Source: Leptogorgia sarmentosa (lineage: Eukaryota). From it: a stretch of DNA of 64,000 nucleotides. The translations under genes were made by a program, and so were the position numbers. This document shows positions 25,326 through 37,509 of this stretch, piece after piece (the stretch's first letter is position 1; the number at the start of each line of letters is the position of its first letter). The DNA lies in NCBI GenBank assembly GCA_964658305.1, contig OZ210885.1, positions 11,222,001 to 11,286,000 of the forward strand, written 5' to 3'. The notes below the pieces were generated by a model. The model had not been told where the DNA came from, ran no database searches, and saw nothing but the letters and a program-made list of their open reading frames with translations.

Positions 25326-26361
25326 TAGACCGCTCCGCGCTCAATCAATGAGCTATCGAATCAACGGGGTTTGGTAGCGAGTCTTGTCCAATTTAAGTGC
25401 AAGAAATATTTTCATGACGATTTAACGCTTGTCTTTGAGGACACGCAGTGTTTCAATTCTATTACATTTTGGATAAGACTCGTTGATTCGATAACTCAAT
25501 TGGTAGAGCTGCGGTCTAGATACCCGAAGATGCAGTTCAAATCGTCTTCGAAACAACGAATTTTCGTTGTTCTTCTGCAGTGTCAGATTAATATAAATCA
25601 GTGGCGTATGAGCGAACAACGTTTAGTCCTGCTTCGATGGCCGAAGGCGCGAGAACTGTTATAAGGGCTCCGGGGGTTTTCTCCACGGAAAAATTCGGTA
25701 TTTTTGGCACTCTTGCCTTCGCGAAGTCGCGTGTAAATCAATGATTATCCTGAAATTGGCGCTTGTAGAGTTGCTAGGTAACAGACTAAGAAAACCGTAA
25801 AATTGCGTAAATCTTTTGGAAAGCGATTCTTTGCTCAATTTTTTTGAAGAAATAATGAAAAATGACCAACATTTCGACGAGAGAAAGGAAAATAAAAAAA
25901 AGGAACAATTTAAGTGTAGTTGGAAAATGATTTGGATTTTTTTTATTCCAACTCAGGACCGCTATAGCTACGCCACCGATATGAATCTAGTTTTTACTTT
26001 TTCACAATCCCCATAATTGGGGCAATGTTACCATGGTACGTTTCGTGGCAATATCTTCCAAAATGAAGAAATGGTGGACCTTAATGCACAAAATGTAGTG
26101 TAGGGAGCCACCTTAAGCGATTAAATTACATGCACAAGACATTTTGATCTGCTGGAAAAGACCTCTAGCGAGTCAATCGAAATGATTGCCTTTCAAGATC
26201 AACAAACGTTATAAGTTCCTAAAGCTTGATTAAATGACATGTAATTCGCCGTTAAGTTAGCATCAAATTAAAACATAATTACACGTATAAGTGATGACAA
26301 TGATGACAAAAAAAAGAGAAATACCTGTAGAATGTACTTTTTATTTTTTTTAATTCTACAG

Positions 26362-26394
26362 TTTGACAAGGATATGAAAGAACTTAGAAGTAAA
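26362..26394 (+). CDS. 33-nt micro-exon FDKDMKELRSK
   Basis: ctacag|TTT...AAA|gtaagt, phase 0-0. Confidence 0.7.
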
Positions 26395-26863
26395 GTAAGT
26401 ACAACAGAATATTCAATATTTTATTCCCGTAAACATGCTATCGTCAATTTCTTGGAGGTTGAGGGAAGAGCATGACAGAAATTATTTAAAAAATTGAAGT
26501 TTATCTAAAAAACTTGTGCATAATGATATATATATATATATATATATATTATCTACTATTAGACTACATATTTCGAATCAAACGATTTATTTACACAGGA
26601 CATTTAATTTTGATCTGTTGGAAAAGACCTCTATAGTGAATCAATCGAAATGACCATTTTATTTCTTTCTCTTATTTTTATTCGCCTTTCAAGATCAACA
26701 AACGTTTTAAACTCCTAATGCATGAATAAATGACATCTAATTCGCCGTTAAGTTAGCATCAAATTAAAACATAATTACACGTTTAAGTGATGACAATGAT
26801 GACAAAAAAACCCCGATCGCGAAATAGAATGTACTTTTTATATATCTTTTTTTAATTCTACAG

Positions 26864-26896
26864 TTTGACAAGGATATGAAAGAACTTAGAAGTAAA
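26864..26896 (+). CDS. 33-nt micro-exon FDKDMKELRSK (duplicate)
   Basis: Identical exon and splice sites to 26362-26394. Confidence 0.65.
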
Positions 26897-27872
26897 GTAA
26901 GTACAGCAAAATGTTCAATATTTTATTCCCGTAAACATGCTATCTTCAATTTCTTGGAGGTTGAGGGAAGAGCATGACAGACATTATTTATAAAATTGAA
27001 GTTTATCCAAAAAACTTGTGCATAATGATACATTACACACTAAAAGACCACATACTTCGAATCTAGCGATTCATTTCCGTCAGCAATTCACGTGATTTTA
27101 CATTATTTATAGGCACTTGTTATTTAAATTAATCAGGCAAGGCAAATTTAAAATTAAAAATGATTCAAATTTTCACATCTTTCAATATCAAATTTCAAAT
27201 TCCGCTTGTGTCATTCTGTCCAGCAGTATTACGCTAATTAAATAACTCCAGTTCCCTGCTTGCTTTTTATCCGATATTTAACATGAATTTGCGACTTTAA
27301 TGAGTAGGGAGTTCTTCCATAGATCCCCTCGACCTTATTCGTTATTAGTCTCAACATTGTGATATCGTCCTGTTTATTGGGGACATTAATAATCTCAATT
27401 TGCACCACGTCGTCATTGACCGCAACAGCGATTTTACTATTCCTGACCTTGCCACGTGTGCTAAGGAGAATGAAGTTATATCACGCGAAGGGGCCTTTAA
27501 TAACCAACGGCGCCGCCTTAGACTTATCATAAGAACAGTTATTTACAAATATGAAGACTGATTACTAAGACAGATTTGCTCAAGCTATGGACACTTTCTC
27601 TCCAGTGCGACCATTCTAACCTCACAGTAACAATAGACCTTGGATTATTCAACGTCAGGGAACTTTCTCTTGTAAAAATACAAGCCTCTGGTACTATACA
27701 ATTCAGATCGAATAATTCAATCTGAAGCGAGAAGGGAGCTTGGATTCTTTTCTACCATTTAATATGTGAATTTTCTATTTTTAGTACTCACATTACCAGC
27801 ACAAAACCTATCAGATTTAGGAATACAATATTTTTTCTTACTTCTATTAAGAATTAACATCTTTCTATTCAG

Positions 27873-28331
27873 ATATTGCAAGGGGGTGAATATATCCTGA
27901 AAATAGAGCATTTCAACCAAAAGTTATCAGCGGCAAAATATAAAAATGAAACATGTCGGGTTCAAGGTGATCCATTTTTTACTTCTCCATTTGGTTACAA
28001 AGTAAAGTTGCTTGTAACACTGAATGAGACGAGGGGAAAATACAAGAATAACATGGGAGTTTACCTGGTTATAATGAAAAGTTAACATGATGCAATCCTG
28101 CCATGGCCGTTTAAAAAAAAGCACACGTTTACATTGATTGATCAAGAGCAAGATGAATCCATGAGAAAGAATATTGAGCATACCCCAAAAGGAAGTGTCA
28201 ATTATGAAAAACCCCAGAGTGAAGAAAACCAAGGGTGGGGGAATGCGTCGTTCGTTTCCCATGAAAAGCTTATAACCTGCAAGTATATTGTTGACGATAC
28301 GGTGTTTGTGAAACTTAAAGTAGAACAATGA
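27873..28331 (+). pseudogene. Terminal exon encoding a TRAF-type MATH domain with an in-frame stop
   Basis: ttcag|ATA; GEYILKIEHF...PFFTSPFGYKV...GVYLVIMKS*HDAILPWPF..TLIDQ...GWG..F...YIVDDTVFVK; ORFs 27876 and 28134 share one frame. Confidence 0.85.
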
Positions 28332-31300
28332 ATACGGAAGTGACGTCATTACAGTTGCTATGGCAACAATGACGATTGAGATATTTTGAGTTTTAGCGTA
28401 TTTTATACTTTCATAAAACACCGCGTTACCGTCAACCGTTAATGCCTAAGCATAACGATAGGAGGCTGTGGGTCGCTTTCGAACGAAATGTCGCTGTACG
28501 ATTGAGTGATTTCGTACGAGAGAACAACTGGAAGTTTTTGACCTCATTTCGCATGTGCTGAGCTGTTTTGCCTAGAAAATTACAAGGAATTGTTTTACTA
28601 CTTGTGAGCTAAATTTCAGACAGATCCATGGATTTTTGGCGGAGAATACGAGCTGAGACAAGACCATGTTGTGAACGTACTTCGCATAAAATTGCTTGCG
28701 AATTATCAAAAACATTCATTCTAACACAGGTGAGATCGCTTCCCATCTTGGAATCGATTCATTTTCCTTCTAATATAAACAAACCAGATAGTTGTTTGCT
28801 CCGGACCTTCAGGTTAATTTTATTTCTACACTTGTAAAATTGTCGCTTTGGACTTCGTAAAATAGGCAAGAGTTGTGACTGTTTCGATGGAATTTAAGAT
28901 TGAATTGCCCTTAGCACAGTGAAAAGTTTTAGGTTTCTTTTAGTCGTAGGAAATAAGTAATTTCAAGCTGTGTAGCAAGGAAAGTAAAAATCTAGAGTGT
29001 TTTCCTTGCTTTATTGCTGTTTATTCCATCTTGTTCGATCCTCGCAGTCTTGTTAAAACCAGCTTTGCTGCTTTTGCATTCCATTGTGTAAATTCAACAA
29101 CAATATTGTAGATAAATATATCAGTAATTTAGGGTTCATTGAGTTTTTAAAGTTTCTACCCTATTTTACTGTGAATTTTCAAAGTTTCTAGCTTATTTTC
29201 TTGTAAAATAGCGCTCCTATTTTATTGGAAAATAACATAAAGATTTAAATTAAAAGTTCATATTAGGTATAAGTAATAATTTGTAAATTACTACAATATA
29301 CCACTTGCAAGGCAAGAACAACCACAGTAAAATTCAAGAAATATAATTTCATGAAATTAAAAAATGTTGAGGTAAGCAAAAATATGATGTGCAATTGCTG
29401 AAAGGGAAAGGTGTAATAGAACATAGTTGAAGTCACTGTAGCCTGTCCACATTCTGTGGTTCAAGATAATTACCAGATTGGCCCAGTTACGGTTATGTGC
29501 ATGGTAGTCTCAAAGCATTTTGTGTTTGGTAAAACAGAGGCGCAGCCAGGATTTATGGACAAGTTGGGCCAGCAATAACCGAAAGGGGGCTACTCAACTC
29601 CCGCATTAAAAGTTGGTAATATGTAACAATACACCCATCGTATGTGGACTACAGTGTTAGCGAAATTCAGTTATCTTTGATAAACAGTATGAATTTCAAC
29701 AAATATTCACAAAACTAACTCATTGTGGAGTGATTCTCTAAAACAAGAGAGTCTTGTATCCATGTAGTGGAGACGTGGACAAAACACTCACGTCATGCTT
29801 CCATACTGTTAGGTAATTTCAATATTGTGACAATGATTATAGGACAATAATATATACACACAAATAAACAATGTGTCCTCCTGGCACCATCAAATACGGT
29901 TGTACATTGTGTTATGGGATTAGATTGGATTGGGTATTGCCGTAACGTGACCTGTTTTTGTTGGGAGATAAAAATATTTTGATTTTGCCAATGGACAACT
30001 TGCATAATAGATTTCGGGCCGCCAAGCATGAAGGTAGGAGGCTGTAGGTTGCTTTCGAACGAAGTGGCCGGCGTTGGAGCGGGCGATTTCGTTTGGAGGA
30101 ACACATGGTGGATTTTCGACTATTTTTTTTTGCATTATTCGGCACGGTCTTTGCGGTGCAACAGAACAAGCACTTTCTTTTTGTAATTTTGAAAACATTG
30201 CAAGTGATGAACTACAACAGAGCTCAGGAAATAGTGATTGTCAAAATGATCAATTTTACTTGTCAATTCTTGGCACCGCTGTTGTTCTTGTATTGCTGGG
30301 AGATGGTCATGCATGGGTACGTGTGGTCATATGATTAATGCTGGTGGGAAGTTTAAATATTTTTGTGAATTTGGTTTGTCCTTCAAAGGAAACAACTTAT
30401 AGCGAAGTGTTAGATCGGAAAATAACTTTAACTTGACGATATTCTAGTTTAGATGCACAAATTTCGTTTTAATTTTCCGCATAAGTAAGGTGATATAGCA
30501 TTGTGATTTTGATAACATTTATATTATTTTGATTATTGTTTTCAAGAATTATAAGCGTCAAAGCTTGCCAAAACACATCAAACACACCCAAGTTGGTATT
30601 GTTTATGCGTATAAACAATTGTTTTCTCTATACTTTGTAAACTATGTTGAATGGGTGTTGAATTTTACCATAATAATAATCAAAAGGAAATATACTATAA
30701 TAATTATAGCTTATCAAACATAAGACATAAATTATTAAAGTATTATAAGGTAGGTTTATTTTTTCAAATTGTCGGCTGGTCATGGTGATTTCAGTATTAA
30801 GTATAAACTCAGTCCGATCCAATCCAATCTCATGCCACTCATTGATGTTGGCCTAAATGAAGCCGTTATCTGACTCCAAAACATTTTCACTATTTTGTTG
30901 CCTATATAGCAATGCATGTTATCAGCTGACGTTTTCTAACATTTAACATTTAAAAACAAGTTTTGCTAAGTCTCAATTACACAATAAATAGTGACAAAAG
31001 TAAAAAAATGTATATTTTAAGGTTGTCCCACCAATTGACCCCCCGATGTCAGAATCCCCCGTGTTAGAGACAGCCCCCCTTGTTAAAACTACAGGACTAC
31101 ACCGCTGAGACCATGTCTAACCCCTGAGCTAATGAGACACGTTGATAACTCAGTGTTACTCTCAGAAGCTTGCCGTTGACTTTCATTACTTTTGCAATTC
31201 TTCACTATTCACTGCATGTTGCAAAATGATCAAAATTGAACATATTTCCAAAAAGCTAGAAAGAAAAAAAAACAAAATGACACAAAAAAGAAGACGCGAG

Positions 31301-31982
31301 AATCGAACCTGCGGGGTCGCTGCTTAAGAGTCGGGACCGTCACCCCTGAGGCAACGAAGCTCGGCAAAATTGCCGGTAAAACCTTTTATATGAATAGATT
31401 TTGCAATACAACACATAAAATACGCGCGGTTACCAAGTATCCTAAAGAAATTGAGCCCGAAATAAATTTCTGCGTCCCGCGCTGATTAGAAGCCCCGGGC
31501 GCCACAAAACGTTGATCCGGCCCTGCGCCGGGGAGCGGGATTTGATTCCCGGCTAACAGAAAGTATTTTCATTCTGATGGGTTTCGATTTCAATTCCAAC
31601 ACAAGAAAAACGTAGCGTTGTAACACAGACTTAATCTCACAATTATTTTATCCATAACAGAGTAAAGTAAAATTAATATTTTCCGATATCATCGACTTTT
31701 AGCTAAAACTACATCATAACCACAAACAATCTCATCATGGACAGAGTTTTTCCATTGGTTTCCAAATTCTTGATTATTTTTCAATCGTTTCTAATTTTAC
31801 GCGTTAATTAAAGCTTCTACAATCAGCTTCTACAACCGAGTATCGATTATCACTATCGTAACTAAAATAAGAAGTTCACCTTCGCATCAATTAATTGTTT
31901 TCTTTTTCAACTATGGACATTGTAATAGAAACGTATTGAAATTCGCTACCTTATGCAACATTTCAAATGCCTACATTAATCT

Positions 31983-32054
31983 AGGTTCTGCTGAGACTTG
32001 GGCTCGGATCGCTGGATTCAAAGTCCAAAGTGCTAACCATTACACCACAGAACC
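31983..32054 (-). pseudogene. tRNA-Gln(TTG), T-loop mutated
   Basis: Paralog of 50701-50772; GTTCAA changed to GCCCAA. Confidence 0.7.
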
Positions 32055-32179
32055 TTAACGACACTTAATGGCAAAGTTCCGAATTGTTAAACGTTTCTTC
32101 GTTTCATTGATATCGAAAGACATCTCTTTAAACGATGTGGATGTTTACTAAAAGGAAATGATATTGACTGCACGTCACA

Positions 32180-32226
32180 GGTAGCGTGGCCGAGTCGTCT
32201 AAAGCGCTGGTGTAGGCACCAGTCAG
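32180..32226 (+). pseudogene. Truncated tRNA-Leu(TAG), 5' part only
   Basis: Matches the 5' half of 50018-50099. Confidence 0.65.
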
Positions 32227-32489
32227 GTTTGTGCCTGGATTAGAAAAACAAAAAGAAAAAAGAAATTAAAAAAAAAGACAACATTTTTTGTTTAGAATCA
32301 GAATTGCCATATAATATTCTCGACCAAGTACCTCCCGAGCAAAGTGAGCCCAAAATAAATTTCTGCTTTCTGCATATATGTATTCCTTGTTAAGTATTTT
32401 ACTTGATCAGTTTTAACAAGTTGGATAGCTCATGCAGTGTATTTGCGGCAATTGTCTTCCTCGTTCTTCGAAGCAATCGAGAAAAATAG

Positions 32490-32562
32490 AGCCTCATCAG
32501 AGATTTGAACTCTGGACCCCTGGTTTACAAGACCAGTGCTCTAACCACTGAGCTAATGAGGC
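32490..32562 (-). tRNA. trnT: tRNA-Thr(TGT)
   Basis: GCCTCATTAGCTCAGTGGTTAGAGCACTGGTCTTGTAAACCAG...GTTCAAATC...GAGGCT; full cloverleaf. Confidence 0.9.
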
Positions 32563-32746
32563 ACCTCGTTTCGATCATAAATTTCATAATATAACTTTAT
32601 TTACCATAATAATTTGCCTTATGGTAACGTCTGGCATAAAAATTGGTTTCTATTCACATTTCATAATATCGCAAGAATTCCCTTCACTTCGAAACATGTT
32701 ATAACACGATTTACAAAAACTTGTATTTACCAACATTTATCCTCAT

Positions 32747-32820
32747 AGCCTCATCAGATAATTGAACTCTGGACCTCTGGTTTACGAAACCAGGTCTCTA
32801 TACCCCTGAACTAATGAGGC
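32747..32820 (-). pseudogene. Degenerate tRNA-Thr(CGT)
   Basis: Same body as the Thr(TGT) gene, with D-arm and T-arm mismatches. Confidence 0.65.
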
Positions 32821-32974
32821 GACCTGCAGGTGAAAGTTTCTAAGATGCTATATCGTACATAAAGCTCTTTGATTAGGTTTTTTATTTGAACAGTGTCCGC
32901 AGCTTTGATATATCTCATGCAACATATTCGTGGCAATTGTCTTCACTGTGCTTGGAAGAAATGGAGAAAAATTG

Positions 32975-33059
32975 AGCCTCATCAGAGATTTGAACTCTGG
33001 ACCCCTGGTTTACCAGCTGTTTTACTAGACCAGTGCTCTAACCCCTGAGCTAATGAGAC
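32975..33059 (-). pseudogene. tRNA-Thr pseudogene with an insertion in the anticodon loop
   Basis: Thr body plus ~12 extra nt. Confidence 0.65.
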
Positions 33060-33318
33060 ATGCTTGCCCATTGAATTTTATTACCTAATTTACCTTTGCT
33101 ATTCTTCACTAATTCAGTTCATATTGCAAAATGATTAAAATTGAGATTATGTCCTGGTTTTCTATCTTTGACAAACGATTAAAGTTCCTCACTTTCTGTT
33201 ACAAGTTCCTCGCTTATTGACTTCCTGTGTGAAAGTTGTAATTTAAAACCACGAAATGGCACCACAAATTTCGAACAATAATTATCTAATTAAACTGAAT
33301 TATTTTGCGCATAAGTCA

Positions 33319-33391
33319 GTTTCCGTAGTGTAGTAGTTATCACATGCGCTTAACACGCGCAAGGTCCTCAGTTCGAACCTGGGCGGAAACA
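33319..33391 (+). tRNA. trnV: tRNA-Val(AAC) (D-loop GG>AG variant)
   Basis: GTTTCCGTAGTGTAG...TGCGC-TTAACAC-GCGCA...GTTCGAACC...GGAAACA. Confidence 0.75.
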
Positions 33392-33508
33392 TACATATCA
33401 CATATGAGCTTTTTAACTGGAGATTTTTTTTCTTTGGAAATTTTCAATAAAGCACGAGAAAAATTAATTAAAGAGAATACATCTATTTCCATGTTTGCGC
33501 GTAGGTAA

Positions 33509-33581
33509 GTTTCCTTAGCGTAGTGGTTATCACATGCGCTTAACACGCACTAGGTTCTTAGTTCGAAACTGGGCGGAAACA
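33509..33581 (+). pseudogene. Degenerate tRNA-Val(AAC)
   Basis: Val body with stem mismatches. Confidence 0.65.
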
Positions 33582-33690
33582 TACATATAGGCTTTTTCAG
33601 TAAAAACTAGAAAAATATTCCTGGTGATATCGAATTTGTGTAAATAGATCAGCTTTAAAAAGAAATGCCCTCAATTTTTTGTAAATTTGT

Positions 33691-33814
33691 TGTCAGGAGT
33701 GGGATTCGAATCCACGACCACATGTGTGGACCAGAGCGTCCAATTATGTCAAGGTTAATCGTCACAAATTTTTTCACTTGAGTCTGGCGCCTTAGACCGC
33801 TGGGCCATTCTGAC
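33691..33814 (-). tRNA. trnL: Intron-containing tRNA-Leu(CAA), partly degenerate copy
   Basis: GTCAGAATGGCCCAGCGGTCTAAGGCGCCAGACTCAAG-[~40-nt intron]-...TTCGAATCCCACTCCTGACA. Confidence 0.65.
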
Positions 33815-34256
33815 ACACAGCAAAACATGGGATTTCCTACCACACATTTATTCTTTGCTACCTTCAACATGCCACATCCCGTTCTGATTTTCTCTTGACA
33901 ACTGACGTGAGCCGAATACGTGACGGAGGTACACATTATTTTAGTGGAATTTTTCAATCAATCGCAGTTAAAATCGAACGGTTTTAATACCATTACGAAT
34001 TTTCAATCGTCATCGGAAATACTGTGTTTATGTTGTTTTTGCATTATCTTGATAGTATTTGGGACGGTGAAATTGAGGGATTGCTAGACATGTACATTTC
34101 GTGTAGTGCACTGGTAACTACCTGCTTCTCACTCTGCAAGAACCCTTGTTTAAATCTGGCAAGGACCCGCATCGCCATGAATTTGTTTCAATTTTTTTGA
34201 TGCATCGATTCACTTCTCAAGAAGTTTGTCTCTGTTTTGTAATTTTGTACCATTTC

Positions 34257-34331
34257 GTTTCTGTAGTGTAGTGGTTATCACGTGCGCCTCACACGCGCAA
34301 GGTCCCCCCAGTTCAATTCTGGGCAGAAACA
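34257..34331 (+). tRNA. trnV: tRNA-Val(CAC)
   Basis: GTTTCTGTAGTGTAGTGGTTATCACGTGCGCCTCACACGCGCA...GTTCAATTC; slightly long C run. Confidence 0.75.
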
Positions 34332-34500
34332 AGGAATCAATAATAATTCAGTGACGGAGGGCGGAAAGTTTCACTGCTTTCATTTTAAATTTGTTACTTG
34401 GAAATAATTATATTGGAACCACGAAATGGCACCACAAATTTCGGATAATAAATATCTAATTAAAGTGAATACATCTATTTCTATGTTTACGCATATGTCA

Positions 34501-34573
34501 GTTTCCGTATTGTAGTGGTTATCACATGCGCTTAACACGCGCAAGGTCTTCAGTTCCAACCTGAGGGGAAACA
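34501..34573 (+). pseudogene. Degenerate tRNA-Val(AAC)
   Basis: T-loop GTTCCAA and stem mismatches. Confidence 0.6.
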
Positions 34574-34688
34574 TAGCTATAGTGTGAGCTTTTTCAGTAA
34601 AAAGCCAGAAACATTTTCTTGGTGATATTGAATTTGTGTAAATAGATCAGCTCTGAAAAGAAATGTTCTCAATTTTTGGTAAATTTGT

Positions 34689-34812
34689 TGTCAGGAGTGG
34701 GATTCGAACCCACGACCACATGTGTGGACCAGAACGCCCTATTATGTCAAGGTTGATCGTGACAAGTTTTTGCACTTGAGTCTGGCGCCTTAGACCGCTC
34801 GGCCATCCTGAC
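34689..34812 (-). tRNA. trnL: Intron-containing tRNA-Leu(CAA)
   Basis: GTCAGGATGGCCGAGCGGTCTAAGGCGCCAGACTCAAG-[~40-nt intron]-TTCTGGTC...GGGTTCGAATCCCACTCCTGACA. Confidence 0.88.
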
Positions 34813-34950
34813 AAGCATGAAAACATAGAATTTCCTACCACATTTATTCTTTGATACCTTCAACATGCCACATCCCGTTCTGATTTTCTCTTGACAACTG
34901 ACCTGATCCGAAGACGTGACGGTATAAAATGGAATAAAATGAAAATAATC

Positions 34951-35021
34951 TGCGTTAGCGGGGAATCGAACCCCGGTCTCCCGCGTGGCAGGCGAGAATT
35001 CAACCACTGAACCACCAACGC
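34951..35021 (-). tRNA. trnG: tRNA-Gly(GCC)
   Basis: GCGTTGGTGGTTCAGTGG...CGCCTGCCACGCG...GGGGTTCGATTCCCCGCTAACGCA. Confidence 0.85.
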
Positions 35022-35324
35022 AAAGTTGCCCAATTCGTTCGTGATAGCTAATGTTCATATTCCACGAGATGCCGAACATTTTCACCAAACATCTTCAACT
35101 AATAAATCAGAGTAAGTTCTAGGAAATTTTTACACTTTAAACATGATCAGCAAATGATTTTTTTGTGGAAAAGCAAGACATGTCAACAAGGATTTAAATA
35201 CAGAAAAAACCAAAAGAATGGGTTGTAATGTTCTCGAGCTGTGCTGTTCCCGAGCGATAATTTAATAAATCAATAAAGGAAAGTGATACACATATATATA
35301 TATATATATGTATCACATTCCTTT

Positions 35325-36945
35325 GATGAATACTGTGGACCGTTGTCGGATACGACCTCTGTAGGTATGCCGTGTCTTGCGAAGATTCCCTTCAATTTAG
35401 CGATAACAGTTGAGCTCAAGGTGTTCTGCAACTCTTCTATCTCGGGATACCGACTATAAAAATCGACAACTAGTAGGTAATCTTTGTGGTTCAAGGTGAA
35501 TAAGTCTGTTGCGATCACTTCCCAAGGCCTACTTGTAATTCTTTGGTTGATCAGCGGTTCTTTCTGGTTACAAGCAGCATTTTCTAGGCAGATTTTACAT
35601 TTCGACACCATTTCTTGAATCTGGGCGTTCATCCTGGGCCAAAATAGTACGTCGCGACCTCTTTTCTTACATTTTTCAATTTCTAAGTGGCCTGTATGGA
35701 TTCGTCTTAGCATTTCTGGTCTCAAGACGCTCGGTACGACCAATCTTTCACCTCGAAACAACAGTCCATTCAAAACCGATAACTCGGAACGAAAGTTCCA
35801 AAATTCTTCGACCTCCTTGGGACATTTGTGCTTGTCTTCTGGCCAACCTGCGTTGGTGACTTGAATGACTTTCGTCAATTGTGTATCTTTTGCGGTAGCT
35901 TTCTTCATAATTTCCAGTTTGGTACTGGATATTGGCAGACTGTTTATTACTGTGTGCACTAGAATGTCAAACGTTTTCCCCGTCTCATCTGTTTCCGGGA
36001 GGTACTTTCTTGACAGGGCGTCTGCAACGGGAATCTTCTTTCCTGACTAGTAGATGACACGTATGTCATAGTTTTGCAGTCGCAGAATCATCCTTTGGAG
36101 GCGTGGTGGCGTTTCTGCTAATGGCTTCTTCATGATAGCTTCAAGAGGTTTGTGGTCAGAATATACGTTTACTGACCTTCCATACACGAATTGATGGAAC
36201 TTTTCACAGCCAAACACGATTGCATACAGTTCTTTTTCGATCTGTGCGTAATTTTCTTCGGTGCGGGTTAATGACTTGGATGCGAATGCGACAGGTTTTC
36301 CATTCTGAAATAATGCTGCACCCAATCCATGCTTGGACGCATCGACTTCTAACTCGATTTCTGCTTGAGGGTCAAAGTATGCAAGTGTTTCAGAGTTTGT
36401 CACTGCCTGCTTTGTTTCCGCGAATGCCTTTTCTTCCTGTGCACCCCAATGAAACTGTACATCTTGTTTCAGCAGCGCTCGGAGAGGAGAGACGGCTCTA
36501 GGAATCTGGGGTGAGAATTTAGCCAGATAATTCACCATTCCCAGAAACGTTTGGAGCTCAGCTTTGTTTTCCGGTGGGGACATGTTCACGATCGCCGATA
36601 TTTTGACTTGGTCCGGTTTCATTCCTTCAGAGGTGATCAAATTTCCAAAATAACTTACTGCCTGGGTGCAGAAAACAAACTTTTCTGGATTTAGGGTAAC
36701 TCCGCGTTCTCTAGCGCGCTGAAGAACTGCTTGTAGGTTGGTGTCATGCTCTTCCTTCGTCTTGCCGAATACAAGAATGTCGTCAATGATAGCTGCCACA
36801 CCCGGGAGGTCGCCGAATGTTCTGTCTACCAGTCTTTGAAAGACGTCTTGCGCGGAGTGAATCCCAAATGGCATTCGGAGAAATCTGAAACGGCCAAACG
36901 GCGTATTGAAGGTGGTCAACAACGAGCTTTCCTGGTCAAGTTAAT
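35325..36945 (-). pseudogene. Gypsy RT-RNase H-integrase core fragment
   Basis: RMPFG, IIDD, DASKHG, SDHKPL, H..H..C..C, SDNGPQY; stop at ~36047. Confidence 0.9.
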
Positions 36946-36949
36946 ATCA

Positions 36950-37509
36950 GTCGTTACCGGAGAAACCGTGCGAATCAGAGAATCGAATGGGAAATGGAAG
37001 CCAGCGATCGTTGTACGAAAAGAAGATAGTCCACGATCATACTGGGTCCGTACCGAGGACGGTCAACACTATCGCCGGAATCGTAGACATATTCGAAGGA
37101 CGCAAGAGGAAATACCGTTTGAAATTGACGTTCCAGATGTGCGAACGGCGAAGGAAAGAAATACAACGACCGAAATAGTTGATCGTAGGGAGCCGATAGT
37201 TCCTGTATTGCCTACGAATGAAAACCGTCTTGATGTTCCTTATTCTACACGTTCTGGACGACGCGTGAAACCACCCGATAGGCTGAACTTATACTTATCG
37301 AACTACATTGTCTAACCTTAACCTCTCCATGTATTAGTTCTTATTTGAACAAAAACATTGCATGCATGCCGCACATTGGACTGTTCGTACTTGTGGATCA
37401 GACAATTACATTCATATATAGTGTGTAGAGCCCTTTGTGTATATGCACATAAAGGGGAAGATGTAATATTATGTGCATAATTATCTAAATGACGTCTAAC
37501 TCGTGTATA
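36950..37509 (+). pseudogene. Inverted 3' end of the same Gypsy (integrase C-terminus, PPT, start of LTR)
   Basis: PRSYWV...YRRNRRHI...TRSGRRVKPPDRL; PPT AAAGGGGAAGA 37451-37461; LTR start is the reverse complement of 41569-41616. Confidence 0.85.

Larger units (their letters stand above)
14120..25592. repeat. tRNA-derived fold-back repeat split by ~11 kb of nested insertions (pieces 14120-14207 and 25328-25592)
   Basis: 14120-14207 joined to 25328-25370 is the reverse complement of 25478-25590, which has tRNA A/B-box-like text (aattggtagagc...gttcaaatc). Confidence 0.55.
26135..27030 (+). repeat. ~500-bp tandem duplication carrying the micro-exon
   Basis: ~26135-26528 closely matches ~26597-27030. 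Confidence 0.85.
1200..28331 (+). pseudogene. 5'-partial gene/pseudogene: MACPF-like domain + 11-aa repeat linker + TRAF/MATH domain (exons 1200-1849, 5083-5115, 26362-26394, 26864-26896, 27873-28331)
   Basis: All exons have AG/GT boundaries and join in phase 0. Premature TAA at 28083-28085 inside the MATH domain. Confidence 0.6.

Noticed and set aside
28354..28367. RFX X-box palindrome GTTGCTATGGCAAC as a promoter element
   Set aside because: Lies just after a stop codon in repeat-like sequence, with no linked gene start
27927..28421. 164-aa minus-strand ORF
   Set aside because: Antisense shadow of the MATH exon
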